Of a DNA stretch of 64,000 bases, positions 56,504 to 64,000 are shown piece by piece. The position numbers and the translations under genes are program-made. Source of the stretch: Candidatus Babeliales bacterium (lineage in GTDB: Bacteria > Babelota > Babeliae > Babelales > JANWKD01); the NCBI GenBank assembly GCA_963762115.1, contig CAVXJH010000003.1, positions 331,323 through 395,322 on the forward strand, written 5' to 3'. The notes under the pieces were generated by a model. It made no database searches, was not told the DNA's origin, and worked only from the letters and a program-made list of their open reading frames with translations. Positions within the stretch are counted from its first letter, which is position 1. Every line of letters begins with the position of its first letter.

Positions 56504-58211
56504 GATGACTTTCTTTAACTTCTTGTAATGTTCCAGGGAAATACTCCATAACTAAAGGAGCATTTTTCCAAACTGACACATCTGAAATATCGATTGAGGA
56601 TGAATTTTTATTTAGTTGACGACGTGGTGCTTGCGGCACAAACGATTCTTGTTGCTTGGCTATTACCGTTGGCTTTGCAGTTGGTGCTTGCGACAAAGCA
56701 TTGAAATTTTGTTGACCTTGTACTTTCGGCTCATCCACAAACAACGTTTTACATTGAGCATTTTCACCAAATATCTTTTGAAAAAGTGGTTTCCAAAATG
56801 CAACAGTATTTTCTAACCATTCATTAAAAAAAATAAGGTCTTTTGAAAATGATACTGTTAACTCAAAAGTATCGGCATCAAATGATAACGACTGTATCTG
56901 CTTAAAAATAGAACTTAAGAGTGGATCCTGCAGCATTTCAACTGAATTTAAAAAGCTCTGCCACTTCTGTTCAATGAGCGTATCTTGGCTAACGGTAACA
57001 ACGACACTTTCTCTCGATTGATCATTTTTCACCATTTGACCTTGCGGCACTATTTTTTTTTGTGGCGGTAATGGTGCAGGTTCATTTGAAGGCCCAAATT
57101 TTTCTTGCTCAAAAGTATTCGAACAAAAATCAAGCACCATCATTTCCAAAAAATTATATTGTGCTCGCGTTTTTGCAAATAAAGGTTCATAGGTAAACAT
57201 CAACTTTAAAAAACGATTAATGCTTTCCAATGAATACTTGGTAATAATTTTTTTTAATCTCGTGGCATGATCCATAAAATGAAATGATGGCAAGCTAAAA
57301 TGTACTAAGACGGCTGCATGAGCAGCATGATTAAGCCCATTCCACAAGGATTCAACAGCAACATCTCTTAAAGCATTTTCATGCATACACGTTAAAATCT
57401 TTTTTTCATCACGCTCAAGAATGCTCTCAAAAAAATTAAGGAGTATTTCATCCTCAACATGCCCAAGCACACTGCTAACACTTGCTTTCGTAATACTTGG
57501 CACCGCAAAACGTACTTGCTCCAATACATTAAGAGCATCGCGAACTGAGCCTTGAGTTTCTTGAACAATTAACGCAAGTCCTTCTTGCTCATAAGCAATA
57601 TTTTCTGTGACACAAATATGCTCTAAATACGTAATAAGCACAGGAGGTTTAACCGCCTTAAAAAACAATTGAAAGCTTCGCGATTTCACCGTATCAATAA
57701 TTTTTTGCAACTCGGTCGTTGCTAATATAAAAAGAACAGATGCAGGAGGCTCTTCCAACACTTTTAAAAAAGCATTAAATGCGGCTTTACTCAACATGTG
57801 CGCTTCATCAATTAAATAGACTTTTTTTCTGCCAATTAAGGGCAATAATGCTGCCGTATCAATAATTTGGCGAACATTATCAACACCCGTATAGGAAGCT
57901 GCGTCAATTTCTATGAAATCTGGGTGCTTTCCCTCTGCCATTGCACAACATGAAGCACAAAGCAAACAAGGCACTGAAAACTGTTTTGGATCTTGTTGAA
58001 ACTGGGGCAATTGCTCACAATTTATTGCAGCAGCAAAAATTCTTGCCATAGTTGTTTTGCCACAGCCTCGTTGACCGGCAAATAAATACACGGGAAAATA
58101 ATGATTAAGATAAAGACTATTTTTTAAAATACGTACAGAAATATCTTGCCCAACAAGTTGGTCAAAGCTACGTGAGCGCCATTTTCTGGCAAAATTAAGC
58201 TGTACATTCAT
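56496..58211 (-). CDS. dnaX: DNA polymerase III subunit gamma/tau
   Basis: Walker A GQRGCGKTT, Zn module CxxC...CxxC, DEAH-like IDEAHML, SRC-type sensor. 571 aa. Confidence 0.92.
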   Translation of the reverse strand: MNVQLNFARKWRSRSFDQLVGQDISVRILKNSLYLNHYFPVYLFAGQRGCGKTTMARIFAAAINCEQLPQFQQDPKQFSVPCLLCASCCAMAEGKHPDFIEIDAASYTGVDNVRQIIDTAALLPLIGRKKVYLIDEAHMLSKAAFNAFLKVLEEPPASVLFILATTELQKIIDTVKSRSFQLFFKAVKPPVLITYLEHICVTENIAYEQEGLALIVQETQGSVRDALNVLEQVRFAVPSITKASVSSVLGHVEDEILLNFFESILERDEKKILTCMHENALRDVAVESLWNGLNHAAHAAVLVHFSLPSFHFMDHATRLKKIITKYSLESINRFLKLMFTYEPLFAKTRAQYNFLEMMVLDFCSNTFEQEKFGPSNEPAPLPPQKKIVPQGQMVKNDQSRESVVVTVSQDTLIEQKWQSFLNSVEMLQDPLLSSIFKQIQSLSFDADTFELTVSFSKDLIFFNEWLENTVAFWKPLFQKIFGENAQCKTLFVDEPKVQGQQNFNALSQAPTAKPTVIAKQQESFVPQAPRRQLNKNSSSIDISDVSVWKNAPLVMEYFPGTLQEVKESHHE

Positions 58212-58342
58212 GGTCTAACCTAAAAATACTATTAAAAAAAAGAAATTCCAGAAAAGCGTATCAACCAAAGATGTATTATTACTACGTTTATAACAAGAAA
58301 ACTATCACTATTAATTGTACCAAAACAATCAATAAATAAGAA

Positions 58343-58428
58343 GGGGAAGTATATACAAAAACTAAAGTACTCTTGCTGCTTCCTTTCGGACCTGACAAAT
58401 TAAATACTCGTTCCTTATATACTTCCCC
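58343..58428 (-). ncRNA. ffs: signal recognition particle RNA (small 4.5S-type)
   Basis: The minus strand reads GGGGAAGUAUAUA...GUCAGGUCCGAAAGGAAGCAGC...UAUAUACUUCCCC. The domain IV consensus GUCAGGUCC-GNRA-GGAAGCAGC is closed by a 13-bp terminal stem. It lies directly upstream of dnaX, as in many bacteria. Confidence 0.8.
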
Positions 58429-58612
58429 AATTTTTATAACTAGCTTTTTAGCTTTAACCCGACAGGTTAAAAAGCTTATAAAATCTAAATAAAATTAAGA
58501 ATTGCCCTACTACGCCAAGGCTACGAAGGGCATACTTCGCATTTTAACTTATTCTATTAATATCAATTCCATTTAAAAAAATGGCTTGCCATACGAAGCT
58601 TTATGCGAAGTA

Positions 58613-58704
58613 TGGTGGAGAGAGAGGGATTCGAACCCTCGATGCCCCTTTCGGAACATACACGATTTCCAATCGTGCTCCTTCAACCACTCAGACACCT
58701 CTCC
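58613..58704 (-). tRNA. tRNA-Ser (anticodon GGA), long variable arm, CCA encoded
   Basis: The reverse complement is GGAGAGGTGTCTGAGTGGTTGAAGGAGCACGATTGGAAATCGTG...GGGTTCGAATCCCTCTCTCTCCACCA. The anticodon stem-loop is CACGA-TTGGAAA-TCGTG. Confidence 0.9.
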
Positions 58705-58747
58705 GCTGAACTAATGCATTAGATGCTTTAGTCTTGAGTGATTTATA

Positions 58748-59608
58748 TTAAATCTTTTTTCCGCTATTATCGGTTTTTTGCTTAATTGGCTCTTTAAATT
58801 TTTTAACTTTAGCCGCCTTAAGACTCTCTTCAGATTGCTCATCTTCAACAGCGTCAAGAAGAACCGCAACATCGTCGCTTTTTTCAATAATTTCCGCAAC
58901 TTCTTGAGCTTTCTTACCTTGAGTAACTGCTTTGTCTTTTGCTTCTTTAACAGCATCAGCTAAATAATCAATAATAATTTTAATTGATTTAGGCGCATCA
59001 TCATTTGCAGGTATAACATAGCTAACCAAAGAAGGATCGCTATTGGTATCAACCAAAGCAACGACAGGAATTCCTAACCCAGCTGCTTCTTTTAAGGCTG
59101 CTTGCTCTTTACGAGCATCAACAACAACCAAAGCGCCTAAAGGCCATTTTAAATTAAGAATACCACCAATATTCGCTTTCAAACGATATTGTTTTTTTTG
59201 CAAAGTACTAATTTCTTTTTTTGTATAATGCTCATGATCAGTTTTGGATAAAATATCTTCAAAATGTAACAATTTTGTTACTGATTTTTTTACTTGAATA
59301 AAATTAGATAAAGTACCACCAATCCAACGATGTGCAACATACGGACAGCCAAGTGATTCCGCTGCTTGCTGGATAATTTCTCGCGCAGGCTTTTTAGTTC
59401 CTATCCATAAAATTGATTTGCCATCCAAGATAATTGATTTCAAAAAATCAGCTGATTTTTGCATTTGATACGCTGTTTTTGAAACATCAATTAAATAAAT
59501 TTTATTTTTATGTCCCCAAATATAAGGAGCCATTTTCGGCGCCCAACTTGAAGTTGGATGTCCAAACGGAACACCCGCTTGAATAAGTTTTTTTAGATCA
59601 ATCGACAT
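58748..59608 (-). CDS. rpsB: 30S ribosomal protein S2 (charged C-terminal extension)
   Basis: LIQAGVPFGHPTSSWAPKMAPYIWG and VVDARKEQAALKEAAGLGIPVVALVDTNSDP, typical S2. Confidence 0.93.
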   Translation of the reverse strand: MSIDLKKLIQAGVPFGHPTSSWAPKMAPYIWGHKNKIYLIDVSKTAYQMQKSADFLKSIILDGKSILWIGTKKPAREIIQQAAESLGCPYVAHRWIGGTLSNFIQVKKSVTKLLHFEDILSKTDHEHYTKKEISTLQKKQYRLKANIGGILNLKWPLGALVVVDARKEQAALKEAAGLGIPVVALVDTNSDPSLVSYVIPANDDAPKSIKIIIDYLADAVKEAKDKAVTQGKKAQEVAEIIEKSDDVAVLLDAVEDEQSEESLKAAKVKKFKEPIKQKTDNSGKKI

Positions 59609-59749
59609 TATTAAATACCTTCCTGGGTTTTAACCGTACTTTTTGGCTTGCTTCATAGAATATGAATCAATTGCCACCCATAATAAAAAGTAAGGATTTT
59701 ATTATAAAATAACTGTATTAACTGTAGCAAAAATCAAAATAAATGCAAT

Positions 59750-61153
59750 CTACTTACCTTCTAACTCTAATCCTATAACTTCATTTTTTGCGATAGCCTT
59801 ATTATAACGATTACCAAGCAATAATGCCGTTAAAGACCAACAACCAATTATTATTGCAAAAAATACGGAATGTAACGTCATAAAGAAAGCTGGCCCTGCC
59901 GCCTCAGCAAATACAACAAATGTTGAACCAACACCTTTTCCAAAACGTGAACCAAAAGAATCAATCCAAGACTTAGATTTAAACTTAATATCCTTAACCG
60001 TCGGAATGTATAAACTCTCACGAACAGGTTGAGCAAAAGCATAATTTATTGCTTGCAATAAAATTATACTAATAATTACGGCAAACGGTGTATAACTAAA
60101 AATAAAATAGGTTAAAAGCAAACCGCTAATAAGAGGAATCAATATAAGACAAATTTTTTCACCAAAGAAATTCAATAACGTACGAGTTCCCAAAAATGAA
60201 ATAAGTATGCCAAAGAAATGCTGTATAAAGGCGACTTGAAATAAAAATGCACTTACTCCAGAAATATCCGTAGAATTCTCCTGAGCAACACCAAGACGTT
60301 GATAACTTAATACGGTGCTCAAAATCTCATAAAAGAATAGCATGCCAAATATTCCCAAAATATAAGGAAATCTCATAAGCAAAGTAAGCCCAGCGAAAAT
60401 ACTTATTTTTTCTTCTCCTTCCTTTTCTTTTGCTTTTTCAAATTTATAGACAGCTTCGTACCCATGCAAATATTTATGCGGCACTTTTTTAATTAAAAGA
60501 TACACAAGCACGGGAACAAATAAACTAAGCAAGGAAAAGAACCCCAAAATTAATTGATGACTTTGAACATCATTTAACTCGTAATTACCAATAACGCCAT
60601 GATAACTAAAAAGAATCCAGGCAACCCCCGCGGTAAACATGCCACCAAACTTTGAACCAGAAACCAATAATGCATAATTGTGCTTTGCCGCTTCAGGGCT
60701 ATACACAGAGTTAGCAAATGCCCAAAAAACACTAATTACAAAAGGCGAAAAGACTTCAATAAAAAAGTAGAAAAACCACCCAAACAAACGGAGAGGACTC
60801 GTCTCAGTGTTAGCAAGACCTATCGTTGGATGACCAACCAAAAACATGCACAATAGCCCCATCAAACCATAGGTAATACTATAAAAATAGAGTAATTGAT
60901 AGCGACGTATTTTGTCCACCAAAAATGAATAAAACAACACGCCAGGAATTAACAGTATCAGTGCTAACATCCGAGCCCAAGGAATATACTCTTTGCCCAC
61001 AATGCTCATAAACATAGAACTTTTTAGTTCTCGTACCAACGTATATGAACCGATTACCAGAAAAAATGATAATCCTAACAATAAAAGCTTTAACCGTTCT
61101 TCACGCTCTATATTAATAAATGATTTAAAAAATAAGGTGAGCTTAGAACTCAT
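59750..61153 (-). CDS. tlc: ATP/ADP translocase family nucleotide transporter (NTT/Tlc)
   Basis: 467 aa with about 12 TM segments. The N-terminal pattern EERLKLLLLGLSFFLVIGSYTLVRELKSSMF...GKEYIPWARM is typical of the Rickettsia/Chlamydia/plastid NTT family. Confidence 0.85.
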   Translation of the reverse strand: MSSKLTLFFKSFINIEREERLKLLLLGLSFFLVIGSYTLVRELKSSMFMSIVGKEYIPWARMLALILLIPGVLFYSFLVDKIRRYQLLYFYSITYGLMGLLCMFLVGHPTIGLANTETSPLRLFGWFFYFFIEVFSPFVISVFWAFANSVYSPEAAKHNYALLVSGSKFGGMFTAGVAWILFSYHGVIGNYELNDVQSHQLILGFFSLLSLFVPVLVYLLIKKVPHKYLHGYEAVYKFEKAKEKEGEEKISIFAGLTLLMRFPYILGIFGMLFFYEILSTVLSYQRLGVAQENSTDISGVSAFLFQVAFIQHFFGILISFLGTRTLLNFFGEKICLILIPLISGLLLTYFIFSYTPFAVIISIILLQAINYAFAQPVRESLYIPTVKDIKFKSKSWIDSFGSRFGKGVGSTFVVFAEAAGPAFFMTLHSVFFAIIIGCWSLTALLLGNRYNKAIAKNEVIGLELEGK

Positions 61154-61210
61154 TGAGGCCCCCGAATTAGCTTAATGGGTTAAATATTAAAAATTCTTAA
61201 TGCATTTATT

Positions 61211-61252
61211 AGCAAAAAGCCTTCTTAACCGTTTAATTAAGAAGGCTTTTTG
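61211..61252 (-). terminator. rho-independent terminator after the upstream NTT gene
   Basis: aaaagccttcttaa-ccgtttaa-ttaagaaggctttt (14-bp stem) with T-runs on both strands. Confidence 0.7.
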
Positions 61253-61282
61253 TATTTTTCATGTGTCAATATCGCTTAGGTA

Positions 61283-62629
61283 TTAACAAACAACTTGTTT
61301 TTCAGCAATTGCTTTCTTATGTGTTTTAGCAAGATACAATGCCGCATAAAGCCAAACACCTACCATGCCAAGTGAAGCAAGCGTTGAAAAAAGTATGAAT
61401 GACTCTACCGTCATAAAACGTTTAAGCGCATTGATACCTGATCCAACAGCTTTTGATCCACGCGAACCAAACATTTCCATAAACGCTTTAACTTTATATT
61501 TAGTTTCTGGCGTGGTTGGAATATATAACTGTTCTTTTGATGGTTGGTTAAGTGCATAGTTAAGGCCTTTGCAACATACCATAATCCAGAATGCAATAGT
61601 CAATGTTGATGCTGATGCAAGTACTAAAGCAGCTACACCAACAATCACTGGCATCACGACCAAAGCAACTGAAAGCCCTAATTTGCGGCCAATATTATTT
61701 ACACCAAGTAAAACGCATATCCAAGCAACAACATTAGTATACACACCAAATTTACCCATATAGGCAGTATACGCATTAGCACCCGTAATTTCTAATGAAG
61801 CATAATATTTAAGATAAAAATCAAAAATAGTTACAATAATTTCAAATAAGGTAATTACCGCAAATATGCCTAAAAGATATGGTTGAGAAAAAAACAACTT
61901 CATATCACTATAAAAGCTTGTCTTTTCTTTTGGCTTTGAATGTGCGCCTGTTGCTTGATAACCCGCTAACTGATCTTTTGGTGTTACGCGAACGAAATAC
62001 CAAACCATTGCAGCAATACCAAGTGTAGCCATACTTGCTGTTATCAAAAGCGTTGGAACGCCTAATCTTTCTGCTTGCGTTGCAACCAAAAGAGGCCCTA
62101 AAATGCCACCCGTTTGTGCACCAAAGGCAATAATCGCATAACCCTTTTTTGCAGCATCAGGTGTTGTTGTATCTGCAGCAAAAGCCCAGAAAAGAGCAAC
62201 CATGATAGAACCAAAGCTTTCAACAAAAACATATGATGTCCAACCAATTAACCGACCCAAAAGATCTGGGTGGCCCAATTGAGGCATAGTTTTATGAATA
62301 CCAAGATCAGGATGCAACATACACAGTGCAAGTCCTAATGCAATAAGTGCATACACAACACTCAACGCATAAAAAACACGTTGGCGAGGAAATGCATCAA
62401 CTAATTTTGAATAAAGAATAATCAGAGGAATCACCACCGCCAAAGAAACCCATTTAGCATAGGGAATGAACTCAGCACCAACATAGGCATTGAATACACC
62501 ATCCTTAATAGGCCTTAAAAGCCAATAAACTCCAATAGTAAAACAAAAAATCCCTGCGAGTAGAGAAAACTTTTTAAGTTCCTCTTTAGTAAATTCGCCC
62601 CACCAAGTTTTGATAGTTGAACTCTGCAT
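61283..62629 (-). CDS. tlc: ATP/ADP translocase family nucleotide transporter (NTT/Tlc), divergent paralogue
   Basis: 448 aa with about 12 TM segments. EELKKFSLLAGIFCFTIGVYWLLRPIKDGVF...GAEFIPYAKW aligns with the neighbouring paralogue. Confidence 0.85.
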   Translation of the reverse strand: MQSSTIKTWWGEFTKEELKKFSLLAGIFCFTIGVYWLLRPIKDGVFNAYVGAEFIPYAKWVSLAVVIPLIILYSKLVDAFPRQRVFYALSVVYALIALGLALCMLHPDLGIHKTMPQLGHPDLLGRLIGWTSYVFVESFGSIMVALFWAFAADTTTPDAAKKGYAIIAFGAQTGGILGPLLVATQAERLGVPTLLITASMATLGIAAMVWYFVRVTPKDQLAGYQATGAHSKPKEKTSFYSDMKLFFSQPYLLGIFAVITLFEIIVTIFDFYLKYYASLEITGANAYTAYMGKFGVYTNVVAWICVLLGVNNIGRKLGLSVALVVMPVIVGVAALVLASASTLTIAFWIMVCCKGLNYALNQPSKEQLYIPTTPETKYKVKAFMEMFGSRGSKAVGSGINALKRFMTVESFILFSTLASLGMVGVWLYAALYLAKTHKKAIAEKQVVC

Positions 62630-63023
62630 ATGATCCTCATAAAAATTTGTTAAAAATACTTATACTCCGATCCCACTATAACAAAAGATTAATAATTTGT
62701 AAAAAAAATCCTCTTACAATTTAAGGATCAATTACTTATTTTTACAAAATGTATCTTTTTTGATTATTATTGCACGTTGGCATGCACCTCCTTACCCTTT
62801 TTTTATATATTTTTCTGGTTCATTATTCTTAAAAGCCCCGTAAAAGCTAAAGTTTACTAATTCTTAGCTCTTTGGTAAACTTTGTTCTAAGGTTTATCTT
62901 AAAGCCTTCCGTATATCAAGGTATGTAATCATACAAAACACCTTAAATTAAATGTACCATTATAACTACTAGAAATAGCACAGCGTTTTTTTATACAAAT
63001 TGACTGGAGGTAGGGTTAAACAC

Positions 63024-64000
63024 TATGAATCAAGATGACATTAAGCACATACAAGAAGAACACGTACCAGAACAAGAAACATATTTGGCTTTATTACCAT
63101 TAAAAAATGTTATTATTTTGCCCAAAAGCATACTGCCAATAATTGTTGGAAGAACTAACTCTATCCAGGCAGTGGAATATGCTCTGAAGCATGATAAATC
63201 AATCTTTATATCCACGCAAAAAGATTCATCAATAGAAAATCCCACCGACAAGGATGTATTTCAAATAGGAATTAGGGCGACTATTCTCCAGGTTATGCGC
63301 ATGCCAAATGGCGCCTTGAAAATATTGGTTGAAGGAATTTGCCGCGCTCAAATTATCAAAGTTGATACCTCTCATGCCTTTATTAGTGTTACCATTCGTG
63401 ACCTTGAAACAAAAAATCTAAAAAAGAGCGTTGAAATCGAAGCATTATGGCGTCATTTAAAAGAACAATATGAAAATTATGCCAAAATTAATGAAAAAAT
63501 TCCTCTCGATTTAATGACTTTAGCAAACACGGCTGAAGATATGGATTCAATTGCCGACACCATTGCCGTACATATCAACCTTTCTTTTGATGAACGGCAA
63601 GCAATACTTGAAACGCCCGACTTAAAAGAACGGCTCATCAAATTAACGGCACTTATAAAAAAAGAAATTGAAATTGTCCAAACAGAACAACGCATTAAAG
63701 GCCGCATACAAAGTCAAGTTGAAAAAAGCCAACGTGAATACTATCTCACCGAACAAATCAAAGCTATCAATAAAGAATTAGGTCGCGAAGATCAAAGTAT
63801 TGAAATTGCACAGATAAAAGGCAAAATTAAAAACTTAGGTCTTTCACCTGAGGCTATGGAAAAAGTTGAAAAAGAATTAAAACGACTTGAACAAATGCCT
63901 CCCTTTTCATCAGAAGCTGTTGTTTCACGTAATTATATTGATTGGATAATTTCCATTCCTTGGAAAAAACAAAGTAAAGATACAATCAGTCTCGAACAAG
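63024..64000 (+). CDS. lon: Lon protease, N-terminal part (continues beyond window)
   Basis: Absent from the ORF track because there is no stop in the window. ATG 63024 follows ggaggt. The translation reads MNQDDIKH...LALLPLKNVIILPKSILPIIVGRTNSIQAVEYAL (LON N-domain). Later comes REYYLTEQIKAINKELG and LEQMPPFSSEAVVSRNYIDWIISIPW. Confidence 0.9.

Noticed and set aside
62640-63023. Search for heat-shock control elements (CIRCE, sigma32, sigma54 -24/-12) upstream of lon. Noted ttggcatgcacc at ~62776 and a 9-bp inverted repeat aaagtttac/gtaaacttt (62849-62883).
   Set aside because: No match to TTAGCACTC-N9-GAGTGCTAA, to CTTGAAA...CCCCAT, or to TGGCAC-N5-TTGC with correct spacing. The AT-rich 9-bp inverted repeat is within chance expectation for this composition.

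Overview
Visibly AT-rich, gene-dense bacterial chromosome segment with about 60 CDS, 4 tRNAs, an SRP RNA and one intact IS. A housekeeping backbone is present: ssb, pgsA, mnmA, argS, tsf-pyrH-frr, tig, trxB, rpmH-rnpA-yidD, thrS, nth, a Xer recombinase, a class B PBP, rpsT, rpmB, ftsH, tolQRAB, cca, cfa, dsbD, hpf, der, dnaX, rpsB and lon. It is interleaved with accessory genes that together point to an obligate host-associated (intracellular, probably protist-associated) lifestyle. These are two divergent ATP/ADP-translocase (NTT/Tlc) paralogues, three tandem exported ankyrin proteins, a Skp1/BTB-like + WD40 protein, an F-box-like beta-propeller protein, a Fic AMPylase, a lysine-rich histone-H1/Hc-like protein, and many orphan exported proteins with bilobed hydrophobic hairpins. 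The gene mix resembles Dependentiae (TM6)-like or similar amoeba symbionts, but I cannot verify taxonomy without a search. The most unusual items are listed here. (1) An FtsH with two complete tandem AAA+ cassettes. (2) A 1924-aa exported protein whose central ~3.8 kb is a nested array of near-identical FNGTFS / NACCxNINSEFQQTW repeats, followed by a parallel beta-helix domain. (3) A DEAH helicase carrying four C-terminal W/G-rich ~66-aa repeats, next to a small HEPN-like protein. (4) A 112-bp palindromic ATTTTCG-motif array in front of the fic gene, with a solo copy 740 bp upstream. (5) An identical ~31-nt trailer following two different tRNAs 45 kb apart. (6) An A9 slippery run at the domain III boundary of dnaX. 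RNA ends, repeat ends and hairpin coordinates were counted by hand and may be off by 1-3 nt. All homology calls rest on motifs read from the translations, not on database searches.
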